A stretch of DNA of 64,000 nucleotides from Camelus dromedarius (lineage: Eukaryota), in the NCBI RefSeq assembly GCF_036321535.1, contig NC_087437.1, positions 20,462,001 to 20,526,000 on the forward strand, written 5' to 3'. Positions 25,788 to 39,139 of the stretch are shown here, piece by piece (positions within the stretch are counted from its first letter, which is position 1; each line of letters starts with the position of its first letter). A model generated the notes under the pieces. It was not told where the DNA came from, ran no database searches, and saw only the letters and a list, made by a program, of their open reading frames with translations. The position numbers and the translations under genes are program-made.

Positions 25788-28050
25788 ACTTCTAGATCAG
25801 CAAGATGGTGGCCTCTTGTGAGCCATCCTCAAAGAACCAGCAGGAATCCTGGGAAACATATCACAAATATCCTTTTATCTTCTCAACTGAACTCACAAAA
25901 AAAGAAAAGGAAATTTCCAGGGCCAGAAATACAAAGGAACTCAAAACCAGAGAGGCAAACATGTTTGCTACCTTATGACCACTTTGGGGAATCTGAGTTT
26001 TTGTTTGTTTACTTTTTAATTGAGGTATAATCAGCATATAGTAAAATGTGCAATTCTTAAGTGCAGAGCTTAATGAATTTTTACATATGTAACCTCCACC
26101 CAGATCAGGATTTAGACTATTTCCACAGAAGGCTGCCTCATGCCCCACTCAGTCAGTATCTCCCCTCAAGTGTAACTACTATTGTGACTCATCACCAAAG
26201 ATTAGCTTTTGCCTGTTCTAAAATTCTGTAAGAATGGAATCGTACATTGGCTGTCCTTTTTTTGGTCTTTTATTCAACAGAATGTAACATTCATTCATGT
26301 TGTCACATGTAACAGCAATTTGCTATTTTTCATTACTGTGTAGTATTCCATCACAAAAATCCACTTCTCGTTTATCAGTTCTACTGTTGATGGGCATGTG
26401 AGTTGTTTCCCGTTTGGAACTATGATGAATAAAGTTTCTATGAACACTCCTGTATGTCTTCTGGTGAATACATGCAGGATTTGGGTTTAATGCTCATCTA
26501 GGGACACTGTGAGATGAGACCATCAGCCCAAGCAAAGTAAGGAAATGACACTTAGAAGCCCACATGAAGCCAGGACCATCAAAGGACTATACTCTCGGTG
26601 ACAGTGTAGACTAGGAAAAGAAAATCTACCCATAAGTACAGAGAGGAAAAAAAGGACACTTGTATGCCTCTGTCTGAGATCTGGATGGGGGAAAAAAATC
26701 GTCCTCTGGGAACTTATGATCACAGCCCCATATTTCACATAGCTTTAAAGTTAAATTTACACTATCAGTATATCTCAGAAAAATCCCAAGTTGATGAATT
26801 AACACAGAAATCTGTTACAAAGCTGGTAATATTCCTAGAGCCCCTGACAGAAGTAAATGAATAACCATTGTAGAAGGACACAATTTCATCCCCCACTGTG
26901 GATGATTCCAATAGATAGATGTCCACTGAACATAAGTTCAAAATTCAAAAGCAAATGAGGGACAAACCCACCTTGAGTGAGAGTCAGCAAACATACACAA
27001 TTTAAGAGGAAAAAGGGATACTTACACTCAAGGGAGCTTTAGCTAATAGGACAACATAAGAGAGATCATAAATAAATGTGTTTAAAATAATAAAACAAAA
27101 TAAAGGAACTGGGATCATATGAGGAGAACAAAGCATTTTTTTAAGCAGGCAAATTTCTTGAATAAGCAAATGCAATTCCTGGACATTAAAAATTCAGCCA
27201 TTTATACCAAAAAAAAATCTTTGAATTCTACACTTTAATTGGCTGAATTGTATGGTATGTGAACTACATTGCAATGAAGATTTTTTTTTAATTCAACCAT
27301 TGAAATAATGTTTAAAAAACTTAAGACAGGTTTAGCAAAATACTCCTAGGCAAGTAATGAGAAGTAGAGAAGTAATGAACTGGGAGATGAACTTGAGGAT
27401 ATTCCATGGACTCGGCACAAATAGATAGAAAGATGTAAAAATATTAAAGAGCATTTGAGGGAGCTGAGGCTAAAATGATAGTGTTAATCTCTATCTAATA
27501 TAATTTCCAGAAGAAGACAGAACAAATGAGGGAAGTAACACTTGAAGAAATTATAAGAAATAATGGCTGAGAATTCCAGAACTGATGAAGAGAAAGCTTC
27601 TCAGATTTAAGGACCATAATGAGCGTGAAGAAAATAAATCTAAATCAATCTAAACCTAGACATATCACCCAAGAAAATCTTACAAGCAGCAAGAGACAAG
27701 GGCAAGCATCCAACCAAGTAATAACAACCAGACTCATAGAGACTTCACAATAACAGAGTTCCTACAAAACAGTATTAAACTTGGAAAAAATATTAAACTG
27801 GTACGATCTCAACAACAGCTTCAATGAAGGACAAAAGTCTATGGGAAAATATCTTATAAGTGCTGAGAGGATACAGCTGTTAACCTATAATACCCATTTC
27901 AGCTAGACTAGTATTTCCCAGGGAAGTTATTTCAAACAAACAAGGACGGAGTTTACCACTTCAGACCCAACTTGAAAACAAATTGAAAAAAAAAAACCAC
28001 TAAAGATGAAAGAAATTAAACAGATACAGAAAATACAAAAAGCAACTAGG
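25788..28050 (+). mobile_element. old L1 5'UTR/ORF1 remnant, interrupted by an antisense L1 3' fragment (~26010-26490)
   Basis: acttct..caagatggtggc start; ORF1-like gaagaaataatggctgagaattcc..cctagacatatca; antisense ttaattgaggtataa.. Confidence 0.65.
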
Positions 28051-29729
28051 CTTATTGTATTTGTCATTTATTTATAATATTTTATTTTTAAGATTGTGTG
28101 TGTGTGTGGACAAAGACAGAGCACAAGAATGCTTTATACATGAACTATGTGATGTTAGTAATATTGTCCATTTGGTGAACCTGTCCCCTTTGAGGCCAGA
28201 CACTCATAATTAACCATATCGTGGTAAAGGGGTGTGTGGCTTCAGAGACAATAAGCAGCCATGTAAGTGGGGTACGAGAGACTCAGGATCAACTCAAATT
28301 GTTTCAAGGGGCAGAGAAACAAAAGTAAGTAAGAATAGGGACAGAGCCAGGCACTGCCAAGAAGGAGCTGGTAAGCTGAGGTATGGGGTAAAGGACAGGC
28401 CCAGGCAACAGGCTGGAGAATAATTCCTCACTCCCTGCCCTCTTGTAGAGTGAAGATGACAAAGAAGCCTGCTACCCCAAGCAATGCAGGCAGGTGGGCA
28501 TGGGGATAAACCACAGAGGGCTGGGGATGCAGGAGGCACTGTTCGTCTTGTCACTGAGGCAACTGAGACTCCAGGCCTTAGTTGAAAAGCAGCCAGAATC
28601 CTTCAGGTGCCCTCTCCCAGATTCCAGAAGTGAGGGCTGCACGCTGGTTGTGGAGAGCTTGCAATGGCCCCCTGGGATGGTACTAGGACAAGGCAGATCC
28701 AACAAGTGAGAACTCTGCCACTAATAATAAAATCAGCGCTTTCTAAGAGGAAACTATGGAACCATTTCCTAGGCCCCAGAAGTACTTTTAAAACTAAGAT
28801 GCTTTCTGTAAAATGATAAGAAAACTGAATATTCAGGGCTTGAATTAAGCAAAGAGCTTTAGGTTTGCTGGTTGATTAACAGAAGGGAAGGGTGCCAACT
28901 AAGACGAGACACAACTACCTCTGCTCTGTCTTTAGGGGCCAGATTCCCTCTTGCGTGTTATTTTCATGTCACAGAGCTTATCTCCACTCATCTAAATGAT
29001 AGCCCACTGTTTGTATAGATGTCTAAGTGTGACACTTATTTAAGAAAATTGTGGAATCATCATAAAACTTGATAAGAGTAGGAGATACAGATCATTAACT
29101 ATATTTATGACTTATCATAAATGGAGATGTTGAGACATGAAGTCAAAATGAACATTTTAAAATTCTTTTCCTGCCTCTTTGGGTTTTGCAAAACAAAACC
29201 CCAGCAGTCTTCATTTTTGCAATGGACAATTATAATTTGATTTTCCTTCTGAAGAAGTTTATAATAAATTTAAACAAAATCAAAAGTGCTTTCACTATTT
29301 TCTCGGCCTAACACACTGAAGAGCTTTTAAAACTATTTCCTTCTTGTTCCTAGTCTATCACCTGAATCGAGCTAGATTTGAATTTTGTAGTACAGCTCTG
29401 GACCAGGCATCTTCAAGCACAAGACCTCCTCTCACATCCCTACTCCACCCTGTGTCTACGTGATCGGGCAGAGGTCGTGGGTGGAGGGAGAGGCAGACAG
29501 GATGCCAGGCGGAGAAGCTTCTGAGGGTAATCCTCATACCCCTCCACACAGCCTCTCTCCTCCGCTGCTGACCAGGTTGCCCTATACCAATAAATAAGTT
29601 TTCATTCTGCAATTAGAGAAGGCACTGTTTTAAATTCAGATATTAAATTATTCATTGAGAGCAAATTGTGTTAGAGTTGCGGAGGAAGAACTGAGTCCTT
29701 AATTTGTACACACTCCAAATAAGGCACAT

Positions 29730-30186
29730 TGCTCCTGAATGGTTGTTTCCTCCCAAAACTCAAATGTTAAATCCTAACCCTCAGTGTGATGGTATTAGGA
29801 TGGTACGGGGAGGTGACTGGGTCATGATGGTGAAGCCCTCATGAATGGGATGAATGCCCTTAAAAGAGACCCCAGAGAACTCCCTTACCCCTTCTGCCAT
29901 GTGAGGACACAAGAAATGGACATCTAAGGGGTGGGAGGAGGGTATAGCTCAGTGGTAGAGCACATGCTTAGCATGCACAAGGTCCTGAGTTCAATCCCCA
30001 GAACCTCCATTAAAAAAAAAATGGTAAGAACTGGCCATCTGTGAACCAGTAGGAGAGCTCTCACCAAACATCTAATCTGCCAACACTCTGACTGTGGACT
30101 TTTGGACTCCAGAACTGTTAGAAGCACATTTCTGTTGTCTACCCAGTCAATGGTATTCCTTTATTGCAGCCTGACAGACTAAGACA
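29730..30186 (+). mobile_element. MLT1A-type MaLR solo LTR (contains SINE)
   Basis: Hallmark blocks, ends ctaagaca; exact 5-bp TSD cacat. Confidence 0.9.
29926..30025 (+). mobile_element. vic-1-type SINE nested in MLT1A LTR
   Basis: tRNA-like head with A and B boxes, poly-A, TSD aagaaatggacatct (29911-29925) / aagaactggccatct (30026-30040). Confidence 0.9.
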
Positions 30187-30209
30187 CACATGCATTTTTT
30201 TGTTTAGTT

Positions 30210-30380
30210 CCCACAAGCCTATGAGGTAGACAGTATTAATACTCCCATTTTACAGATGGGGACCCCAAAGCTTAGAAATGCTCAGCGACTCTCTCCAGGT
30301 GCACAGCTAATAAAGCCACAGTAGGGATCGGAAGCCAAGCGGCCTGAACCCGGTTACAGTGCTCTTAGCCACCGTGCTGG
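30210..30380 (-). mobile_element. MIR SINE
   Basis: cctatgaggtag..cccattttacagatg core. Confidence 0.75.
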
Positions 30381-31584
30381 GACCCTGAGAAACAGCATAG
30401 ACAACAGCAAAGGCAAACTGATCCTGTCCAGGCTGGGGGTGCAGGTGCTGAGAAGGTGCTGGTATGACGTGCTGAGGCTGCTCTGGAGGGCTTTCTTAAC
30501 CCCCCAGACCCACGCTCTGCATCCGCTTCCACCCTCATGACTCACAGCTTGGAAACGCTTTTCATACATTTCCACTTGAATGTCATTTGAATTTATAACC
30601 GTGGAGGTCCTGGATTGTTTGCCTAGTCCAAGTTTCTGGAGAAGAGGCTCTTCCTCACCCCAGCCAGGTGCACCGGAAGCCCTCCTCCTCCCTGCCCCAC
30701 ACAACAGGAAGTCACAGGTACCATGGGATTCTTTCCTTTTTCTTTTGAGGCCCAAAGTTGTGGAGAAAAGGTGATAAATTCCACCTTGTTTTCAGTTCAG
30801 AACGTCCAAGAGATGGAAGAGGAATGAATGAAAGGCATGGGGTCCTCAGCCTGTAGAGGCATGGAGTGACCAGAGAGAGGCTATTCCCATCCCAGCCCTA
30901 GAGCTCACCTCCCCTGTGAGATCAAGGGAGGACTCCATTCAGAGTGGACATTCAACATGGAGAACTGGACTGGAGGGGCTGTGAAGTGGGCTGCCTGCGC
31001 AGGGTCTCAGGTTGCTGGGAAAAGACGTCAGACAGAGCCAGGTCTCCAGTATCAGAGAGCTGTGCAGTGAGGAGGTCCCTGACTGGCCCCCCGAAGAACT
31101 CAGCAATACACCACCCCTCAAGACAGCCTTCATTTGGGTGGTCTCCACACAGAGGGCACTAAGAGCCAGTTGCATTGACTGGAGTAGCAGCACTGACCAC
31201 AAGAGACCTGCAGTCTTCCCACCAGATGGGGAGACAGGTGTCCTCTCATTTGCCCAGCAGAGAAGCCGGAACGTAGATCAGAAAAGAAGACGGGGTATAA
31301 TGGCTGATGACACAGCCATCTCACCCCAAAAATAACATTTAGAGACATAGTTCTGGGAGGGAGAGAAAATCTTGAGACAGACATGATATTGCATTTTTTA
31401 AGCAAGTAGTATTTAGTCTTGAATACTAGAATGAGACAATTCTAATAACGAGAAGTAGCTGAAAAGTTGTATAATCTGGTCCAGAGGTTGATAAGGGGAC
31501 AGCTACTGTCATCTGGAAAGAAGGGGACATCAACATAGCCGGAGGGCAGATACAGTAAAAGGTTATTTTGACCTCCCAAAAGTT

Positions 31585-32570
31585 GAGATGCTATGACATC
31601 CACTTCACGCCAAGAGGATGATCAGAATCAAAAAGTCAGATGACAGCAAGGGTTGGCAAAGATTCAGGGAAACCAGAACCTTCATTCATGGCTGGTGGGA
31701 ATGTCAAATGGTGGAGCCATTTTGGAAAACAGTGTGGCAGTTTGTCAAGAAATTAAACATAGCATTATCATTTGACCCAGAAATCCGAGAGAATGAAAAC
31801 ATGTCCACACAAAACTTGAATGCAAAGGTTCATAGCAGCATTATTCATAACAACTAAAAAGTAGAAACAACCCCAATGTCCATTAACTGACATTTGTGAT
31901 ATATCCATACAATGCAACATTATCCAGCCTAAAGAAGAATGAAGTACTGGTGCTACAACATGGGTGAACCTTGGGAACATTGGGCTACGTTAAAGAAACC
32001 AGTCACAAAAAATCATGTACAATTCCACTTATATGACATGTCCAGAATAAGTAAATCTGCAGAGATAGAACAGTGGTTCCTTAGGGCTGGAAGGATTGGA
32101 AGATAACAGCTACAGGGTGTAGGATTTCTTTTGGGGGTGATGAGAATGTTCCAAAATCGACTGTGGTCTCACAGATACAGAGAACAAACTAGTGGTGACC
32201 AGTGGGAAGGGAAGGGAGGAGGGGCAATGTAGGATAGGGGAGTAAGAGGCACAAACTATTAGGTATAAAATAAGCTACAAGGACATCATATCTAGCTATC
32301 TGCCTGCTCTAACAGATATGCTGTACAACATGGGGAATATAGTCAATATTTCACAGTAAGTATAAACAGAAAAAAATTTTTAACTTGTGAATCATTATAC
32401 TATACACCTGTAACATATTGTATACCAACTATACCTCAATTTTAAAAAATACAAAAAAAAGTTGCACAACTCCATGAATATACTAAAAAAAAAAAACCAT
32501 TGACTTGTACAGTTTAGATGCATAAATTATATGGTATGTGAATTATATCTCAATAAAAATGTTACCAAAC
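31585..32570 (+). mobile_element. L1MB 3' region with a nested younger L1 3' end (~32167-32460)
   Basis: ggtgggaatgtcaaatggt..ttggaaaacagtgtggcag; nested cacagatacagagaacaaactagtgg..caactatacctcaat. Confidence 0.85.
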
Positions 32571-34713
32571 ACCAAACAATGGTGACATAATGGAAGACAA
32601 CACCAGACAAAAACAAAAAAGCTGGTTGGGTTGATGGATGGACTTGGCCTGGAGCACCAGCTCACACTGGGAGGGCCCTGGAGTCCACTCCAGACATGGG
32701 CCTGGCCCAGGCACCCTGAGCTGGTCCCAGCTGGCCCCCATGCACAATGTCCTGACCACCATGAGAGCACAGCCCCAGAGGTCTACCCACAGGGTGGGGG
32801 ACCTGACTTGGGGACCAAGAGGCCTCTGAGCTCTCAACAGCAGGGTGTCCTACCTCAGCTCTGTTACCTACATCCCTCTATTCAGGGCTACCCGGACCCA
32901 TACAATCAAGCTTGATAGACACGCAGGATCTCAGACCCCCTCACCAAGAACTACCAACCAGGATCTGCATTTTATTACTCCATGGAAGCAACAATGCCTC
33001 CTTCAAAAGGATTTTGTGAGGATCCTTATTAACAGTGATTAGTGCCATTACTTGACACCAGGAAGAGACAGAGAGATGCTTCATTTAGTGTTTGCACATA
33101 GTAGGTGCTCAACATGTGGTAGCTAATCCTTTAAAAGGGCCTGACTTGGGAGGAGGAAAGAGCCTGAAGGCTGGAATCACACACACCAGGTCCCCATCCT
33201 GACTCTGACCCTCTTTGACACTGAGACCTCGGGTAAGTTATTTAAGGCGTATGCACCTCAACTTGCTGATCTGTAAACTGGGCTCACCTCATGGGGTGAA
33301 AATTAAGAGACGAAGCGGGCAGTGGCTGCACACAGGAGTCCAGCAGATGCGCTAATTTCCTCCTCTCCCTACAACCAGGACCCAAGGAACTTCACTGGGA
33401 GGAGACCCAACCTCCTTGAATCCTCATCTTGCATCCAGCCCCACCCCTCTCTATTATCCACTTGTGTATCCACTAAGCAAAGACTTCTTGAGCACCTACT
33501 ATGTGCCAGACACAGTGCTAGGAGGGCTGACGCTGCAGCTCTGATCCTTGAGTCCTGAAACCTTGATCTGGCCTCGCAGAGGAAGTGAAACAGACCTGTT
33601 TACCCACCTGCTTTGAGAGCTATAAAAATAAAGCCCATTGTCTCTCAGCAGCCATCTGAAACAATTAGTCTCAGCTCTCAGTCCTAATGGGCTTCCACAC
33701 TGTGAAAAAGCACTTTTTCGAGGGGGGCAGGAAACATAAATTAGTATAATAATACAATTAAAATGCATTTTCCTTCCACTTATTTAAATTACTCTTTTTG
33801 GTGTCTTGAGAAAATGCCTCCTTCCTTGGAGGTATTTAAGGAGAATCAAAGAGGCTGTTAAGATGAAACAAGAAATGCCCCACACAGGAAACACAAATAC
33901 CCTGCCCTGCAGGCCAGGGAGGGCCGCCCTCCCTGGTCATGGCTCTCTGTGATCTGGCCCTTTGGGGCTCCACAAAGACAGAACTTCCCAGGACAGGTCA
34001 CTAGCCCTCTCCGTTAACACTCATTTGTTCATTTATCCATCAACAATTTTCTTCTCCATGCCTGGCACTAGGAAAAAACCAAGATGGATAGACACAGTGC
34101 CTACCCTCAAGGGGGCTATCTCGGAGGAAGGCAGCCAAGCAGAAAAGAGTAGGACCTGGGGACACCAGTGCTGGGACAGGCAGATGCATGGTGACCAGGC
34201 CTCACCCAGCCTGAGTGGGTTGGGGGAGGAGCTGCCAGAGAGGGTCTCCTCTGGGCGTGCTTTGCACTGTATCCCCAAGGATGAGAAGAAATTAACCAGC
34301 CAGATGAGGGAAGAGGGAAGGGGTCCTCCAGGCAGAGTGATCAGCAAGAACAAAGGCCAGGAATGTGGAAGAGCAAGGTGGGTGAGGCGCATTAAGCCAG
34401 GAGGCAGGGAGCAGAAAGAGGGCAAAAGAAGCAGGGACTCAGACACTCATCAGACAAGGAAGGGCTGAACAGGGTTAAGGCGTGAAGACTTTGTCCTGAG
34501 GACCTTAGGAAACCAAGGTGAGCCCCCCGGTAGCAGGGGTGAAGAATCCTGTAGCCCAGAAATCACAAGATAAAGCCAGACAGCCACCCTGCCGAAGATA
34601 CAGCACTGATCTGGATCCTGAGTTACTGGTTTTGTGTCGCCACCTGCTGGCAAGATTACCAGTGCCACTAACTCAACCAAATGTTAAAGATGAAAATCTT
34701 TAAAAAGATGTAT

Positions 34714-34861
34714 AGCACTGGAAACTATAGTCGATATCTTGTAGTAACCTATAATGAAAAAGAATATGAAAATGAATATATGTACATATATGTATGACTG
34801 AACTATTATGCTGTACACCGGAAATTGATACTTTGTAAACTGACTATACTTCAATTTAAAA
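34714..34861 (+). mobile_element. short camelid L1 3' end
   Basis: tcttgtagtaacctataatgaaaaagaatatg..actgactatacttcaat; TSD aaaaagatgtat (34702-34713 / 34862-34873) at a TT/AAAA site. Confidence 0.9.
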
Positions 34862-34984
34862 AAAAAGATGTATTAACAGGCACAGGGAACTTCCTTGAAG
34901 TTACAAAAGACTGAATTAAAGTAATACTTATTATAGAAAAAATATTGTCAGAATTTCATTCAAAAATCAGGAGAGCATCATATG

Positions 34985-35170
34985 AAAGTCATGAGTTCAA
35001 ATCCCAGGTCCACCACTTACTATGTGCAAAAATCACTTCACTCCTCTGAGCTTTGTTTTTAACATCCACAAAGGAAATAATATCTTACTCACAGTAGTGA
35101 GGGGAATAAAAGATATCAATTGTGTAAAGAGAAATATAACGAGAATTGGAATTAGGGTGGTGGAAAAACA
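34985..35170 (+). mobile_element. MIR SINE
   Basis: gagttcaaatccca..ccacttacta..ctctgagcttt. Confidence 0.7.
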
Positions 35171-36453
35171 GCGTGTGACCTGTAAAGCATAAAGACCTGT
35201 AAGGACTGCCTCCACTGCCTGTGCTGAAGGTCAGCCTCCTCCTGCAGGTCCAAGACATGAGGGAGCACAGAGCCCACACTGTGCCCCAGCAGGACCACTC
35301 CCTGCTCGCTCTTCCCCTTCCTTACAGACCCCAGGAGGTTGGCTGCCCCTCTATCTGCCCTATGGCCTTCACCCTCAGCCTGGCTACCTCATGAGCAAGG
35401 ATGTCCCTCTTGTCACACTTCCTGTGAAGCCTGCTGACATCTAATTCCAGGGAAAACAGGGAACAGCATAAAACAAAGCAAACAAACAAACAAAAACTAA
35501 CAGAGAAATGACCAAGCTGAAGAAATCTTTGATGTCTTACCCTCTGAGGGGGTAACGACTCTCTGCATCTCACTGAACCCCAGTGTCCTCCTCTGGGAAA
35601 AGGGGACAACATATGGCCACAGGACAGCTTATGCAAAGTGGCTGACACAGTCCTAGCAAACAGAAGAACTTCTGCAATGGAAGTTATTATTAGAATTATC
35701 TAGATAATCTTACAGTCAAATGGCTTCAAGCATCATGTTGAGGGGAGAGGGGACATCATAACTATTTTGGTCTTTTCCAACCTAAAACTTGATTATTGTA
35801 AGTCATCTTGCAGATTTGGGAGTGTAACCCAAGAGAGGGAAGTTTGATATTGACTGGAAAAGAGTCCAATATTTGGGACTTTGCCAGGGAGACCACACAG
35901 AGGTCTACAGCACTGGGGCCTCTGGAGAAAGAGGGCACTGGAGTTTCTGGGGGCAGGGGGAGGAGGGGGTAGTCCTGAAAGGAAATGTGCAGTGAGAGAT
36001 GCTTCTATCCATCAACACCACTTCCCCCAGACTGCAAACCAGAACCTTAATAACATCACGACTACCATCTGTGCCCTACTCATGACTCTCCTTGTCCTAA
36101 GCCTTTCTACTTAATCAATTCATCTTTATTTAATGCTCCCAACCACTTTGTGAGGTCGATGCTATTACTGCCATTTTACAAGTAAGATAATGGCTTGGAG
36201 GCATTAAGCGGCTGCTCACCACAGCTGCAGAGCTACGAAGCCAGGATTTCAACCTTGCCAACCTCCAGAGCCTGTGCACCTTCCTCACCCTGCTGCAAAG
36301 TTCATTCTTTCTCCAAAATGTCCCAAGGACTTGTCCTTCCTTCTCCATCTTCTGAGGTTCAGGAGCTTGTCAAGTCACAGTTATATTTCAGCTCCTAATT
36401 TATGGTCCTGCCCCACACTCTACCACATTACTTTCAGCCACCATGGACTCCAG

Positions 36454-36652
36454 CCAGCTCTACCCAACAGAAGCTTCCTGCAACGATGGAAATGTTCTAG
36501 GTGAGCACTGTCCAAAATGCCAGGCACCAGCTACGTGTGGCTACTGGGCATTCAGAGTGGTGATTGTGACTGAGTAACTGAGTTTTTTATTTTAATTGAT
36601 TTAAATTAAAATAGGCACACATGGCCAATGGCTACCATGTTGGATAGCACAG
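36454..36652. mobile_element. MER3 (hAT-Charlie)
   Basis: gatggaaatgttcta..tgtggctactgggca..cacatggccaatggctacc..ggatagcacag. Confidence 0.85.
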
Positions 36653-36941
36653 TGCTTGACAACCGAGATGTACCCTGTGTAGAGAGGGACTGCATGGTTA
36701 AGGTGCACTGTGTGGCAGTTTAAGGCTGATAATCCACCAGAACCCAAAATGACGGTTTATGCTCTTTTTCAGCCTGGAAAATGTAGAAACCCTCAAGGCA
36801 CCTTGGCCTAGGCAATCATTTTCTGATGAGAATATCTGCCTGTGATTGAGTACCGCCCATGCCCTAGCCCCTGTATTAAGCACTTGATATGTATTTTATC
36901 TAAACCTCACAATACCCCTGCCAAGTATGTGCTATCACGTT

Positions 36942-37640
36942 TGAAACAGAGCAGGACCCTATAGGGCCTTCCCAGGACAGACCCCACCCCCACCCCATGT
37001 CCCCCCTGTCTCTTGTCTGTAGAAAAACTTTAGCCAAAGAATAAGTTTAATCAGAGAAATAAGAAAATACAGAAACAAAGGGAAACAGCCAAGCAAAACA
37101 AAATAATAATAGTTTATTCATTAAACAAAGTCAAAGACCTTTAGTTCCTCCTCAGGGGCTGTAGATAACATTCTGAGCCGTATCCTTTGAGCTGTCTTGT
37201 AGATACTGAAACCCCCAGCACGTGGATGAAGTTAATTACATGATGACCAGACTGTAGCCATGACATAAACTGGCACAATTCTGAGAACTGGCCTCAAAGA
37301 GATGGGAACAAACTGACCCTGGAACTGAAGATTAACTGCACTTAAAACAACCAAGGTGATGCTGATCAGACACCACATGACTAACTTCAAGATGACGGTC
37401 AGAGCTGACTGTGCTGTTCTGCGGCCAGCCCCCTCCCTTCACCTGTACACCCCTGAAACTCCCCTTTAAAAGCTCTTGTCCACTGATTGTCAGGGGAGGG
37501 GGAGTTCGCCTTTGGACAGAAATCCACTCTCCCTGCTCCTTACCAGCCTTCAGAATAAAAACTTTCCTTTCTACCAACATATGCCTCTCTTTGTATTGGC
37601 TTTCAAGCAGTGAGCAGCCAGACCTGAGTTTTCAGTAACA
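36942..37640 (+). mobile_element. solo LTR, ERV1-like, apparently complete
   Basis: TG..CA termini, 4-bp flanks cgtt/cctt, TATA-like tttaaaa at ~37465, AATAAA at 37554-37559. Confidence 0.8.
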
Positions 37641-39004
37641 CCTTCATCCATAAATATAGTCAACTAGCATTTACTGAGCACCTAATATGTGTCAGACACT
37701 ATGCCAGGCACTAAGGATGCTGGGATTAACAAGACAGACCCCCTTGGGGTTTAGATTTGATAAACAAAGGAGCTGAGACTCAGTAAAGTTCAGTGACACT
37801 CTCTGTGTGACATCACTGAAGTTGGAACCCAGCCCACCTGACTCCGCTGATTCTTGGCTCCTCCTCCATCCCAGGCTGGAACTCAAGTAAAGGCTCAGTG
37901 CTTCTCCCCATGAAGAAAAGGTGGTCCAAAAAGAAAACCAATGGTGAATTTTAGCAAGAGTAAATATAAAGACAGACACTCAGGTCTACAGAAACAAAAG
38001 AAAGGAGGCAGCAGTTTTTAAGGAAAAAATATCTGCCTGTAAAGGAGCTGAATGTCCACAAACTCAACACGAGGATCGGCATGATGAAGACGGATGCCCT
38101 GTGGAAGCAGGTACCACCGAGTCCAACTCCAGACAAAAATATCCCCTTGGTCTGTGGGTTAGTCAGGCCACTTGGAGCCTGGAGCCATGTCTTAAGATGG
38201 GCGTTGACTGACTTGGGTGAAATAGTGACCCACGAAAAAACAGCTGACTGTTCAGGGAAAGAATAAAAGAATAAAAACAGAAAGTGAATCACCGCTACAC
38301 ATCACACGGATGAATCTCATGGACATAAATGTTGAATGAAGGAGGCCAGAAACAAAATGGTATCTAATGGATGATTCCATTTATATAAAAAAAACAGCCA
38401 AAATGACTCATTGGTGATAAAAGTGAGAAAAATGGTTACCTTTGGGGTGAGGAATAGCAGAAGAGTACAGGAGAGAGGCTTCTGGGGAGCTGGATGGGTG
38501 TCTGCCCTTGGAAACAATCCATGAGCTGTATACTTAATATTGTGCACTTTACTGTATGTACGTTATCACTCAATATAAAAGTTCATGAAAAGAAAAGAAG
38601 GTGGTGAAGGTATTGTCAGACAAATAAAAATGGTGATAACTCAGATTCCCAACAGATTTTCACAAAAATATTTCCAAATGATGCATTTTAGGAAGAAGGG
38701 AAGTGATCCCAGGAGGAAGGACTGATGTGCTGGAAGAAATGGTGAGCAAAGAAATTAGGAAATATATCAGTAAATCTAAATAAGTATCAGTTATATTAAA
38801 GAATAATAAATAATGTATAATGAGGGGTTAACATAATAATACAAAATAGATTTAAAATACTGAACAGAAACAGATGAAAGTGATTAATGTTAGAGTAAAC
38901 TAAGATTTAGGAGGAGAGCTAAGTAATTGTGTGATTTCTGGCTTTGTTATATTAGGTGACAAATTAAGAAAACCACTAATAACAAGGATCTGCACTTCAC
39001 TAGC

Positions 39005-39138
39005 ACAGTCAACCCTCCCTTCCTGCAGATGCAAAATCCATAGGTATGGAGGGTTGACTAAGAGATTTGAGCATCCATGGATTTTGGTGTCCACAGGAGT
39101 CCTGGAACCAATCCTTTGCAGATTCCAAGGGATGACTG
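39005..39138. mobile_element. MER2/Tigger-derived MITE
   Basis: Terminal inverted repeats cagtcaaccct / agggatgactg; ttgagcatccatggattttggt..tcctggaaccaatcc. Confidence 0.8.
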
Positions 39139-39139
39139 T

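Noticed and set aside
29935..30010. tRNA-Ala-like sequences (also 15740, 43885, 48080)
   Set aside because: They have A-rich tails and TSDs and are diverged from each other, so they are SINE heads, not tRNA genes.
30780..31335. GC-rich stretch with acceptor-like site and 107-aa ORF
   Set aside because: All frames after the acceptor stop early and the peptide is unrecognisable.
33962..34468. 168-aa ORF
   Set aside because: Overlaps antisense L2-like sequence; no domain signature.
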